DNA from: a phage
Sequence record: PZ445511.1
Direction: 5' to 3' (one strand)
Length of the DNA stretch: 64,000 bases
Below are positions 20,412 to 29,729 of this stretch, piece by piece. The translations under genes were made by a program, and so were the position numbers. Below the pieces are notes generated by a model. It was not told the DNA's origin and ran no database searches. It worked only from the letters and a program-made list of their open reading frames with translations. Numbering within the stretch: position 1 is the first letter of the stretch; every line of letters begins with the position of its first letter.

Positions 20412-22678
20412 TGGCACTTAAAACTAAAATTATTGTACAGCAGATTATGAACATAGATGACACTACAACTACTGCTAGTAAATATCCTAAGTACACAGTA
20501 GTTTTAGGTACTTCTATTAGTTCTATTACTGCTAGCGAACTAACAGCGGCTGTTGAGGTCTCTGCTGCTTCTGCTGCGGCAGCAAAAGATTCTGAAATTG
20601 CAGCAAAAGAATCTGAAATAAATGCTAAGGACTCTGAGAACCTATCTGCAAATTATGCTAACTCTTCAGAAGCTTCTGCAACTCAATCTGCTACTTCTGC
20701 TACTGAAGCGAAGAGACAAGCTGATTTATCTAAAGATAGTGCTGATGCCTCTGCTATTTCTGCTTCTCAATCTGCTGCGTCCGCTACTAAAGCTGCAGAA
20801 TCATCAGCTGCAGCAAAAACTAGTGAAACTAACGCTCTAGAATCATCAGCTGCAGCAAAAACTAGTGAGACTAATGCAAAAACTAGTGAGACTAATGCAA
20901 AAACTAGTGAGACTAATGCAGCAGCATATGCAGCAGCAGCAAAAACTAGCGAGACTAATGCTGCTGATTCCGCTGCCTCTGCTTCTGACTCCAAAGGATT
21001 CAGGGATGAAGCAGAAGCATTCGCTGCACAAGCCTCCACATCAGCATTAGCAGCAAAAAACTCAGAAACTAATACAAAGACTAGCGAAATTAACTCAAAA
21101 GCTAGTGAAGACGCTGCTAAGCTAGCTCAGCAAGGTGCATCAGATAGCGCGAACACAGCTACGCAAGCGATGACCACAATACAGGGTCTTAAGTCCGATG
21201 TTGAACAGCTTAAAGCTGACACTCAGACCATTAAAGAAGGTGCGGCGACAGAGATTAGAGCAGCTAAGACGGAGGCAGTAGGAGCAATTGACACAGCTAA
21301 GGTAAACGCAATTGCTGAAATCACCCCGTTAAAACAAGCTGCGGAAGACGCTGCCACCTTAGCTGGACAAAAGGCAGTAACGGCTACAGAACAGGCTACA
21401 GCCGCGGCTGGAAGCGCTACAACCGCAGGAGAACAAGCCGTAGCAGCATCCAGTTCCGCAACTCGAGCTGAGACCGCAGCAAACAAAGCTGAACAAACTT
21501 TGAGCATATCTTTGTTAAAGGATCAGAACCTTGCAGACTTAAGTGACAAGGTACAGGCTCGTATAAACCTAAGTGTGGATCGTCTTAAACAGAGCGCTGA
21601 TAGTTCCCGCATTTATGACCCGACAAACCGCTACAACTTAGTTGTAATGGATACAGGGTCTTGGGGTGTCTATGACGATACTAGTAATGTATTTAAACCT
21701 TTAGGAGTAGGACAGGGTGGCACGGGAGCTTGGGACGCAGAGGGTGCTCGCAACAACATCGGGGCGCTGTCCAAAGGTGGTGACACTGCGACCGCCATAA
21801 TTGCTACTAAACATTCTTATCCTGCTGGCTCAACAGGGCAAATTTTGGGTTGGTCGTGGCGATCAATTGTAGAAGGCTATGGTATCGGAACGGCGACTGC
21901 TGATTTTTACGTAAACCACACAGTAGGAAGCGTCACATATGCCTGCATTAAGCCTACTCGAGTGACCGGTGAAAGCTGGGAGTATCTTTTTAGCGACTTT
22001 GGCGAAATGTCTAATATTAGAAGCCTGATTATTAGTCGTAACACAGGTGCGGCAGGAGAGGCGTCCGGTAACATGGAGTTGAGTTATGGGGTGGGGCAGG
22101 TGACACAGTACGCCGCTCGTGTAGATTTTTACGATGGAACTGCACGATCTGTTTTAGATACCTACGATGCTACTCGCTTAACAACTCTCTTACCCTCGGC
22201 AGGTGTCATTTGCCGTAGAGGTATTGGTGGTAATTACCAAGCAAATAGCTATTCTTTCTCGTGGGAAAATCCGGGAGTAGATGTATGGATTGATAGTACT
22301 CGTATTGGGCGAGTAACGCTGGATCCTACAAGCGACATTGATTATAAAGAACAGGTTGAGCCATGGGACGGTAAGAGTGCGTTAAACAATATCAATCAGT
22401 TAGAGCTCGTGACGTTTATCTTCAAAGATGATATAAAGCGTCGGGTACGTCGTGGAATCATTGCACAGCAAGCGGCAACCATAGACCCTGAATACACACA
22501 CTCAAGCGAGGATAAGGAGGGAAATACAATTCTTTCGCTTGATACTAACGTGCTGTTACTGGATGCGCTTGCTGCTATCCAGGTGCTAAGCGCCCGTGTC
22601 AGTAAATTAGAGTCTTTGTTAGAAGATAAACCAACCACTCTACCTGAAGACCCCGCTCCAAATCAAGACCTTCCTTAA
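20411..22678 (+). CDS. L-shaped (side) tail fibre protein with C-terminal intramolecular chaperone (peptidase S74-like) domain
   Basis: 755 aa; Ala/Ser/Thr-rich repeats (KTSETNA x3) in the shaft; C-terminal auto-cleaving chaperone-like region (…DYKEQVEPWDGKSALNNINQLELVTF…GIIAQQAATIDPEY…). Confidence 0.75.
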   Translation: MALKTKIIVQQIMNIDDTTTTASKYPKYTVVLGTSISSITASELTAAVEVSAASAAAAKDSEIAAKESEINAKDSENLSANYANSSEASATQSATSATEAKRQADLSKDSADASAISASQSAASATKAAESSAAAKTSETNALESSAAAKTSETNAKTSETNAKTSETNAAAYAAAAKTSETNAADSAASASDSKGFRDEAEAFAAQASTSALAAKNSETNTKTSEINSKASEDAAKLAQQGASDSANTATQAMTTIQGLKSDVEQLKADTQTIKEGAATEIRAAKTEAVGAIDTAKVNAIAEITPLKQAAEDAATLAGQKAVTATEQATAAAGSATTAGEQAVAASSSATRAETAANKAEQTLSISLLKDQNLADLSDKVQARINLSVDRLKQSADSSRIYDPTNRYNLVVMDTGSWGVYDDTSNVFKPLGVGQGGTGAWDAEGARNNIGALSKGGDTATAIIATKHSYPAGSTGQILGWSWRSIVEGYGIGTATADFYVNHTVGSVTYACIKPTRVTGESWEYLFSDFGEMSNIRSLIISRNTGAAGEASGNMELSYGVGQVTQYAARVDFYDGTARSVLDTYDATRLTTLLPSAGVICRRGIGGNYQANSYSFSWENPGVDVWIDSTRIGRVTLDPTSDIDYKEQVEPWDGKSALNNINQLELVTFIFKDDIKRRVRRGIIAQQAATIDPEYTHSSEDKEGNTILSLDTNVLLLDALAAIQVLSARVSKLESLLEDKPTTLPEDPAPNQDLP
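20797..20960 (+). repeat. In-frame tandem repeats inside the tail fibre gene
   Basis: 21-nt unit AAAACTAGTGAGACTAATGCA x3 nested in a ~45-nt duplicated unit. Confidence 0.8.
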
Positions 22679-22683
22679 TCCTA

Positions 22684-22713
22684 AAATACGCGGCTTCGGC
22701 TGCGTATTTTTAT
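22684..22713 (+). terminator. Rho-independent terminator after the tail fibre gene
   Basis: ATACGCGGC-TTCG-GCTGCGTAT hairpin followed by TTTT. Confidence 0.65.
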
Positions 22714-22833
22714 CACTTTTAACTTTACAAAACTTTACATCAGATGCCAGGTAAACTTTTTGTTATGCACTATGCTTAACTCGTAATATGCGTGTTACAT
22801 GTGTTTAACAATCAACTCTCAGGAGTGTTTACT

Positions 22834-23163
22834 ATGTCTGACAGGACTCTTTTACCGACCAACATGGGCGGGCTCGGTGGTGACGGTGTTATGCCTGGTA
22901 TCGCTGCTTTTAGTGGTGCGCTGATTGATTCCTGGTTAGGTAATGGTGCGGGTGGTCGTGGTATTGGTGCGGGTGGTGTGGATGGCGCGGTTTCCGTTGC
23001 TAGTACTGCTGCAAACATGCTGACTACTTCACTGGTAAGCGATATCGAATCCATTCAGAGCGGACTGAACAATCTGGGCCTAACTGTTGTACAGGGTCAG
23101 GGTGCAACCAATCTGGCAATCGCTAACACAGGCGCAATGAACCTGAACGCTATTACCCAATAG
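22834..23163 (+). CDS. Glycine-rich hypothetical protein ending at an in-frame amber (TAG); the frame stays open 60 more codons to TGA at 23344-23346
   Basis: AGGAG RBS 8 nt before ATG 22834; GC-rich high-expression codon usage; coding character continues past the TAG. Confidence 0.4.
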   Translation: MSDRTLLPTNMGGLGGDGVMPGIAAFSGALIDSWLGNGAGGRGIGAGGVDGAVSVASTAANMLTTSLVSDIESIQSGLNNLGLTVVQGQGATNLAIANTGAMNLNAITQ

Positions 23164-23522
23164 AATACTCAAAACCTGTTGGCGTCTGTCCAGGGTTTTG
23201 TAGAGCTGAACACTGCGATCACCTCCAGCACTAGTACCATCGCTGGCGCGATCTCTGCTCAGTCGTTTGATCAACAGCGTACAGCATTCCAGGAGCAACT
23301 TGCCACTGAAAAAAAAATATTGCTGCGAAACAAGCCTGAATCTTGATTATCCTAGCAACGCAATGCATGTTCTACTGTATTAACAGTTCGCTGATTCTTA
23401 GGCTGTTCTTATGTACAATATGAAAACACAAAATGCAAGAGGTTCGTTTTGCACCCTCTCAGAAAAAAAAAAAAATTAATAAAATAAAGGAATTAGTAAA
23501 ACAACTCCTTACTAAATAAGAG

Positions 23523-23556
23523 AAAACCCCAGTGGATTGTTCACTGGGGTTTTTTA
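23523..23556. terminator. Bidirectional rho-independent terminator separating the late (+) and early (-) modules
   Basis: CCCCAGTG-loop-CACTGGGG hairpin flanked by A-run (23523-23526) and T-run (23550-23555). Confidence 0.7.
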
Positions 23557-23795
23557 TTACTCTTTACCTCCTGCGATAATACCTAAGTTATACACGGCAA
23601 GCATATCACTAATGGTAGGATCTTGAGACTCAGAACACAGTTTAATAAACCCTTCTTCATCCCATTGCTCTACATTGCCAAACATATCCACTTTTAGTAC
23701 TACCTTATCAAGGGTAGGGGGTGCTATAATCATATCATAGAAATTCGGGTGTTGATTAGCATCAATCTCTATTTGATTAGGATCAACAAAATTAC

Positions 23796-24242
23796 TTACT
23801 TACTTCCTGAGCTTCCAAAGCCGCCTTCTCCACGATCAGTCTCCTCTAGTTCGTCAACGATTTCAAAATGATTAATTGAGTAGTGTGGTAGTACTACTAG
23901 CTGACAAAGTCTCTCGAAATTCTCTAGAGTTTGCATTTCAGAACCGTAGTTAAACAGGTTCATCTTAATAGTACCACGGTAGTCTGAGTCGATCACTCCT
24001 GCGGTATTTGCGATCATTAGTTTACGCTTACCTAAAGAGCTGCGAGGAACTACCAAACCAAACCAACCTCGCGGAATTTCCACCGCGACACCGGTGTCTA
24101 TCATAAGGGATTTGCCTGGTGCAATAGCACGTAAATCTGCTGCAAGGTTAGTACCGAAGAATGCACGCAGATCCATACCTGCAGCATCATCAGAACCAAT
24201 CTTTGGCATGCAATCTGGATGGGTTAGTTTAATTTTAATCAT
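23796..24242 (-). CDS. dut: dUTP pyrophosphatase (dUTPase)
   Basis: 148 aa with canonical trimeric dUTPase motifs (AAGMDL, PRSSLG, GVIDSDYRG, C-terminal Gly-rich motif V). Confidence 0.85.
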   Translation of the reverse strand: MIKIKLTHPDCMPKIGSDDAAGMDLRAFFGTNLAADLRAIAPGKSLMIDTGVAVEIPRGWFGLVVPRSSLGKRKLMIANTAGVIDSDYRGTIKMNLFNYGSEMQTLENFERLCQLVVLPHYSINHFEIVDELEETDRGEGGFGSSGSK

Positions 24243-25114
24243 TGTCCTGCGATCTCCAAAATATCTTTCGTAAACTTATCTAATACGTCTTGACCTACAG
24301 CAGCAATAGCATCTATACAATAGGTCGGTAAATCAACCAGAATCAGATTTCGGAAAAGCAACTCCTCCGATGCGTTCAGATTCTGTATATATTTCTGTTT
24401 CCCAGGCAGAGGGAGTTGATCAATAATATCCAGAACATTACCAAATTCACGGATAATATTATAACCACGTTTTGCACCGATGCCTTCAACACCACGGATG
24501 TTATCACCAAGATCTCCCATAATTGCTTTCAGAGAGATAAACTGATCTACATCATCAACGTTATGATGTTCATACATATCACGAAGATGGTACTCACGAC
24601 GTGTGGTGAAGGAGAAGCGAGAAACTCGATCAGTTAATAGAGTATCCCAGTCACCATCAGTAGAGATCAGCCAAACGTGATCATATAAATGACCAATGAG
24701 CTTAACAATATAAGCTGCCATATCGTCTGCTTCTACACCACGAATAGTGAAAGTTGGGAATGTGGTTTCACACAACTCGAAAGCATCACGAAGATACTCA
24801 AAGAACTGTTCGTCTAGTGCTTTCTCTTCTTCTGTACGTTGTGCATACTTTTCGTCACGGTTCCCTTTGTAATCAGGAAGATGTTCTAAACGGAATACAG
24901 ACTTTCCTTTATCGCCTAGAACGATTGTAGTTCTAGCTGAATAGGATTTTGCTAAAGATTGAATTGTAGAAACATAACTTGAAGCGAATGGTTTCTTACT
25001 ATTATTATGTTTGAAGCGGAAGCCTAAGTTAGTTCCATCAACAATCATTAGGTTGCGACGAGAAGCCAGCTCAGCTTCTTCCTCTTCAATAAATTTTCCC
25101 CAGGATTTACTCAT
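24239..25114 (-). CDS. Flap endonuclease / 5'-3' exonuclease (T5 D15-like)
   Basis: 291 aa; 5' nuclease family motifs (MIVDGTNLGFRF, GDKGKSVFR, helix-hairpin-helix region GIGAKRG). Confidence 0.85.
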   Translation of the reverse strand: MSKSWGKFIEEEEAELASRRNLMIVDGTNLGFRFKHNNSKKPFASSYVSTIQSLAKSYSARTTIVLGDKGKSVFRLEHLPDYKGNRDEKYAQRTEEEKALDEQFFEYLRDAFELCETTFPTFTIRGVEADDMAAYIVKLIGHLYDHVWLISTDGDWDTLLTDRVSRFSFTTRREYHLRDMYEHHNVDDVDQFISLKAIMGDLGDNIRGVEGIGAKRGYNIIREFGNVLDIIDQLPLPGKQKYIQNLNASEELLFRNLILVDLPTYCIDAIAAVGQDVLDKFTKDILEIAGQ

Positions 25115-25596
25115 TATTTAATTAAGTCCTCAACAGATGCGTGATGTAACCACGGTTCGAATAACCCGATTACGATTTCCATGTCTTTCTTATTTAACAC
25201 CATATGGGTACGACTCATTAAGTTGTCAACCATCGGGTCTGAGCTATCCAAAGCAATTAACCACTGTCCTCTGTCTTTCTTGAATATTAAAGCTGGTTTG
25301 GAGTTCATCTGTTCACCCTCACGGGAACACTGCTGCCACCATTTCTCTAGAGTGGATTCACCAACGTTAAATAAATTACTTGATATGTTATCATCTTTAT
25401 ACCACTTAACTTCGAAGCAGTATTTACTAATGTGTCCGCTTTGTGGTGGAAGGTAGATGTCGCCCTTCAGTCCATGGCTCTGGCCAAAAGCACCAGAACC
25501 TGGAACACGTTCCCACTCAAGACCTGTACGTTCACGTAGTATATCTCTTACCTGATATTCACCACGTTTACCTTTCTCTCTACTATCTACGGCCAT
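25114..25596 (-). CDS. Putative PD-(D/E)XK-type nuclease (T5 D14-like)
   Basis: 160 aa; GDIYLPP...CFEVKW resembles a D...E-x-K nuclease core. Confidence 0.4.
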   Translation of the reverse strand: MAVDSREKGKRGEYQVRDILRERTGLEWERVPGSGAFGQSHGLKGDIYLPPQSGHISKYCFEVKWYKDDNISSNLFNVGESTLEKWWQQCSREGEQMNSKPALIFKKDRGQWLIALDSSDPMVDNLMSRTHMVLNKKDMEIVIGLFEPWLHHASVEDLIK

Positions 25597-25599
25597 GTT

Positions 25600-27438
25600 T
25601 TATTCTAAGTAGGAAAATCCTTCTGCATCTTTTTTGACAGTAATCTTATGAGCTAATGGATGCGTATGCCCATGAGAAACAATGATAGAATTCAGACTAT
25701 CTTCTTCATTTAATAATTCAACGAGAGTATCAAGTCCTTTCGTATCAATAAAGCTAATAACTTCGTCAAGGAACAGAAGATTAATATTAACTTTACTAAT
25801 AGATGTTAACAGCATTCGAATAGCTAACAGAGTTGCTAGGTTAATTCTACTCTGCTGACCAGTAGAGCAGTTCTCCATACTGGTGCGGTTTCCATCATTG
25901 AAGATTACTACTTGTAATTTAGTTTCATCAAGTTCAAATCCAAGTGCGAACTTACCACCAGTCATAATAGAAAGATATTTATTAATCAATTCCTCAAATA
26001 CTTTCACACTATGCTCTAGTTTATATCCTACCAGATTTTTCAATGCAGCGATCAGAATATCAAGATCAGCAACAGCTTCTGATACTCCATCCAGTTTGGA
26101 CGTTATCTCAGACATTTCTGCCTCAGCTTTTTCAATCTGTTCTAGTTTTGCTTTATATTTTGCATTGGCTAATTCGACATTTGCATTATGCTCTTTGGCA
26201 ATTGCAACTTTAGAACGGCCATCAGCGATTTCCTGTTCTAATTGTCGGATTTGCACCTGTAGGATCTGCACATTGAGTTCTTCAAAAGAAGCATCACTCA
26301 TTGAATTTTTGAACTCGTCTCTAGCTGCTACTGCCTTATCCAAAGCATCCTTAGCTCTAGTATATGCAGTGTACTCGACTTGTTCTTTCTTCAACTGCTC
26401 TAGTGTAGCTTCAAGGGATTGTTTCTCTTTAAACAGAGGATCATACTCTGTTCTAGCCATATCCATTGCTTTTTGAGCAGCAGTTGTATCAAGGTGAGTA
26501 CCACAAGTAGGACATTCAGTATTTGAAGCCTCTTGCTTGAACTTCTGATAACGTTTCTTGACTTCTCCCGCACGTGAGGTAACAATCGTTAGGTCACGCG
26601 TAACACTTGAGATCTCTTCAGATTGGTCAGTGGGCGCAGGGAAATTTTTGAAAGGCTCGAAAGATTGTTCGGCAACTTGTACAGCTTTGTCCAAATTACG
26701 AAGTTTAGTAATATTAGCCTCTTGTGACTTGGCTAATGCCGCCTTAATTTTCGATTCAGTAAGTTCTTGTGCTAACGGTTCTTCATCAAACTCTGGAACT
26801 TCGACTGGCTCCTGTAAACTTCCGAGATTACCTTTTCCATTGAGGATCTTCGTAATTACGGCCATCTGGCCTTGCAAATTACTTAACGTACTTGCCACTT
26901 CTTTACGATCAGCCTTAATAGTTTCTGACATCTCTTTATACTGTTCCTGATTGAACAGGTTAACAAGAAAAGCTTTACGTGTTGCATCAGTTGCTTTGAG
27001 GAAGTCTAGATTGGAACCGACAGATTGATAGATCAGCTTAGTGAATGTTTGGAAGTCACCACCCATAATCTCTTCAATCATCTTGTACGTTTGAGTTGCT
27101 GTGTGTCCACTGATATCTTCTCCATTCTTAATCAGTGTAACCTTAGCAGTTGATTTAACTACTTTATGTAACTCATACTCATCTTCATCTTTCGAGAAGT
27201 AAGCGTGCATATCGTACTCTTTCTTCGGAGAACCCCAAGAGAATAAGGCGTCCTTCTTGATACCACGTGAGTTCTTGTTATAAAACAATTCCTCAATAAC
27301 AGTAGCAATAGTGGACTTCCCTAGACCGTTTCCTCCGATTAACTGAGTAACTGGATTTTTATCGAAATGAATTACGATATCCTTACCATAAGACATAACG
27401 TTGCTGAATTTTAGTGTCTTAATTATAATCTTTGACAT
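25600..27438 (-). CDS. SbcC/Rad50-like recombination ATPase (T5 D13-like)
   Basis: Walker A GGNGLGKST, long coiled-coil, CPTCG zinc hook, C-terminal signature and D-loop; start placed at MSKIIIK just after the D12-like stop. Confidence 0.8.
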   Translation of the reverse strand: MSKIIIKTLKFSNVMSYGKDIVIHFDKNPVTQLIGGNGLGKSTIATVIEELFYNKNSRGIKKDALFSWGSPKKEYDMHAYFSKDEDEYELHKVVKSTAKVTLIKNGEDISGHTATQTYKMIEEIMGGDFQTFTKLIYQSVGSNLDFLKATDATRKAFLVNLFNQEQYKEMSETIKADRKEVASTLSNLQGQMAVITKILNGKGNLGSLQEPVEVPEFDEEPLAQELTESKIKAALAKSQEANITKLRNLDKAVQVAEQSFEPFKNFPAPTDQSEEISSVTRDLTIVTSRAGEVKKRYQKFKQEASNTECPTCGTHLDTTAAQKAMDMARTEYDPLFKEKQSLEATLEQLKKEQVEYTAYTRAKDALDKAVAARDEFKNSMSDASFEELNVQILQVQIRQLEQEIADGRSKVAIAKEHNANVELANAKYKAKLEQIEKAEAEMSEITSKLDGVSEAVADLDILIAALKNLVGYKLEHSVKVFEELINKYLSIMTGGKFALGFELDETKLQVVIFNDGNRTSMENCSTGQQSRINLATLLAIRMLLTSISKVNINLLFLDEVISFIDTKGLDTLVELLNEEDSLNSIIVSHGHTHPLAHKITVKKDAEGFSYLE

Positions 27439-28396
27439 ATTTAGCAGCTCTAGCCAAGATTCTATCGATGTCGTCTTGAGACAGCTTTTCAACTTCACGG
27501 AAGTAAAGTTCAAGTTCGCCTAACATATCAAGATCAACAAGATTTAACTTAGCATCTTTAGTAACTCGATGGTTAATCTTTTTATCTAAGAGATCGGAAT
27601 CTTTAATAGACTTTAACTGAACAACGTCACCAGTGACTTCATAAATTACACGGTCATAGTCACTAGGCTCCATTTCCTCACCAACTCCGATTGTTTTACG
27701 AATCAGTTGAGGTAAGTCACCAAGTTCAATCCATTCTACTTTTAATGTGTCGGTATCAATGATAAAACAACCATTTGTACCTTTTGTGCGTTCTCTATGG
27801 AACGATGTAGTTAATGGAGATCCTGGATATAGAAGTCTAGTAGAGCCAACAGTTTGACTATTAGTATAAGAATGTAAATCGCCAGCAATTACAGTGTCAT
27901 AACAGTTATACCTCGTTAGATCAATCTCTGGTTTTACATGTGGAGGGATTTCACCACGAACATGCGTGAAACATAATTTTGATTCAGATGGTTTCCACTT
28001 TGGTTTGTGGATTTCATCATAGGGGATAATATCAAATTCAGGAGAACGATATGGTTTAGTAATGACTTCCCAATTTCCGTTTGTTACTTTATTAATAACT
28101 CCTGCATAATGATATAGGCATGAAATAGTTTTAGTTAACATTTCATGGTTCCCTGTGAAGATCTTGCCTGGATGGTCAAGTCTTGACATGAACTGTTCAA
28201 GAAGTTCTATTTCTTCCGACGATGGGTCGGCAACATCAAGAATATCACCACCAGCAATATGCAGATCACAGTTATGATTATGGAATATGTCATTTAACCG
28301 TTCTCCTAGCATCAGGAAGCGACGCTTCTGCCACTCCTTTGGAACTTTATCTTGTCCTAGTTTGATATGATGATCAGCACTAAATAGTATTCTCAT
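27419..28396 (-). CDS. SbcD/Mre11-like nuclease (T5 D12-like)
   Basis: Calcineurin-like phosphoesterase motifs (DHH, GDILD, GNHE). Confidence 0.85.
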   Translation of the reverse strand: MRILFSADHHIKLGQDKVPKEWQKRRFLMLGERLNDIFHNHNCDLHIAGGDILDVADPSSEEIELLEQFMSRLDHPGKIFTGNHEMLTKTISCLYHYAGVINKVTNGNWEVITKPYRSPEFDIIPYDEIHKPKWKPSESKLCFTHVRGEIPPHVKPEIDLTRYNCYDTVIAGDLHSYTNSQTVGSTRLLYPGSPLTTSFHRERTKGTNGCFIIDTDTLKVEWIELGDLPQLIRKTIGVGEEMEPSDYDRVIYEVTGDVVQLKSIKDSDLLDKKINHRVTKDAKLNLVDLDMLGELELYFREVEKLSQDDIDRILARAAKYVKDYN

Positions 28397-28435
28397 AAGT
28401 TAAAAAGAAAGGGAGCCGTAGCTCCCCTTGGTTTA

Positions 28436-29209
28436 TTAGTCGTCCAGATCGCTAGCAGCTTCAGCGTCGATGCCTTTCTGAGAACCAGCATCTCCACCAG
28501 ACTTAGCGTCACCGCCGTCTTGCTTCTCACGACCTTCCATGAAGGCGAGAATAGCTTCTTTCTGCTCTTCATAGGACGGAACCGGGTAGGTTTCTTCCAG
28601 AGAAGGAACTTTTTCGAACTTGATGAACTCACCAGTATCATCACACATAGCTTCACCGAGGATATCAACATCAGCGGCGTGCAGTTTAGACTCAGCACTG
28701 GTAGGATCTTTCAGTTTCATCTGGAACTGCATTGCTGCGATCTGCTGTACATCGTACTCAGTATCGAAGCCTTTACCTTTCTTCTCGATAGAAATATCGA
28801 TATCGAATGGATCTGCCAGTTCAAGCTGCTTCATGATAGACTGGATGCCTTTCAGGATAGTAGCTTTAACTTCCATAACTTTCAGTTTGTTATCGGAACG
28901 GTCGATAACGAAGGCGATGTAGTTTTTCTTCGGTTTCAGCGGAACACGATTACCATCTTTGTCCAGCTCTTTCTCGAAGAAGCCCATTTCGTGAATCGGG
29001 TCAGCTTTACCGCGAACGAAGCTCTCTTTAGTACGGTTGAAACGCAGACACTCAAACGGAGCTGCATTACCATCTTTGTTAGTCAGCCAGTAGACATAAC
29101 GTGGAAGAACACCAGAAACGATACGAACACGAGTTACACCGTTGTTGAATTTCAGGAAGTCGATTTTATCGTTAGAACCGCCAGTAGTTTCGCCCCAAGA
29201 CTTAGCCAT
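28436..29209 (-). CDS. Putative ssDNA-binding / replication protein with acidic C-terminal tail
   Basis: 257 aa; high-expression codon usage; acidic C-terminus (...AEAASDLDD) typical of SSB proteins. Confidence 0.4.
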   Translation of the reverse strand: MAKSWGETTGGSNDKIDFLKFNNGVTRVRIVSGVLPRYVYWLTNKDGNAAPFECLRFNRTKESFVRGKADPIHEMGFFEKELDKDGNRVPLKPKKNYIAFVIDRSDNKLKVMEVKATILKGIQSIMKQLELADPFDIDISIEKKGKGFDTEYDVQQIAAMQFQMKLKDPTSAESKLHAADVDILGEAMCDDTGEFIKFEKVPSLEETYPVPSYEEQKEAILAFMEGREKQDGGDAKSGGDAGSQKGIDAEAASDLDD

Positions 29210-29564
29210 ATTTTATTTCCTCTTTAAAGATTATCTTCGATTTATTGATTGCAATTAGTGGGTTAGTGTCGATTACAGAACGTGGTATCCATATGGGAAC
29301 ATATTGCATATCCAAACTCGGATCGTTTGTAAACTTATATTCGGCATAATTTCGTAGACTTAGAATTCCTAGATATTCTGCCAGTTGTCTATTAGACAAT
29401 TTGTAAGGGTTATCAACAATAGTTGATTCATTCAAGATGAATGAAGAACCGACCAGTAGTTGGTGAGCATCAGGCTCTGCAAGCATTCTATTAAATAGCT
29501 TGACAATCAGGTCGGAGTTTCCTCTAGCTAAGAGGTAAATTCTCTCGTAATCAAAGAATTTCAT
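29202..29564 (-). CDS. Hypothetical protein
   Basis: 120-aa ORF with upstream early promoter; overlaps the next gene by 8 nt. Confidence 0.4.
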   Translation of the reverse strand: MKFFDYERIYLLARGNSDLIVKLFNRMLAEPDAHQLLVGSSFILNESTIVDNPYKLSNRQLAEYLGILSLRNYAEYKFTNDPSLDMQYVPIWIPRSVIDTNPLIAINKSKIIFKEEIKYG

Positions 29565-29729
29565 TTTTGTCTCTCATCAATTTATGTATATATTATACAT
29601 TAAATCGGGAGGATTTGACAAGTACAATTTTTATTTTTCTGCCTCGGACTTTCTTATCAATCCGAAACTTTCTCTCTCAAATTTATGTATATATTATACA
29701 ATAATTATGAGTAGTTGCCAAATGCAATT

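Noticed and set aside
20767-21039. Overlapping - strand ORFs and a possible CRISPR-like array in the repeat region
   Set aside because: The repeats are in-frame coding repeats of the tail fibre gene (KTSETNA units), with no spacer/repeat architecture and no cas genes; the antisense ORFs are artefacts of the repetitive Ala/Ser codons.
22812-23054. 80-aa Pro-rich - strand ORF
   Set aside because: Mirror image of the Gly-rich + strand gene (GGN versus CCN codons); the + strand has the RBS and terminator.
22679-23795. Receptor-binding protein (pb5/oad) and llp apparently missing after the tail fibre gene
   Set aside because: In T5-like genomes these genes lie on the far side of the terminase gene, which would be upstream of this window's start, so their absence here is expected.
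25883-26476. 197-aa + strand ORF
   Set aside because: Lies entirely inside the SbcC-like gene on the opposite strand; Ser/Cys-rich translation typical of an antisense frame.
28520-29227. 235-aa + strand ORF
   Set aside because: Antisense to the well-supported - strand SSB-like gene; no RBS or promoter; low-complexity translation. Treated as a shadow ORF.
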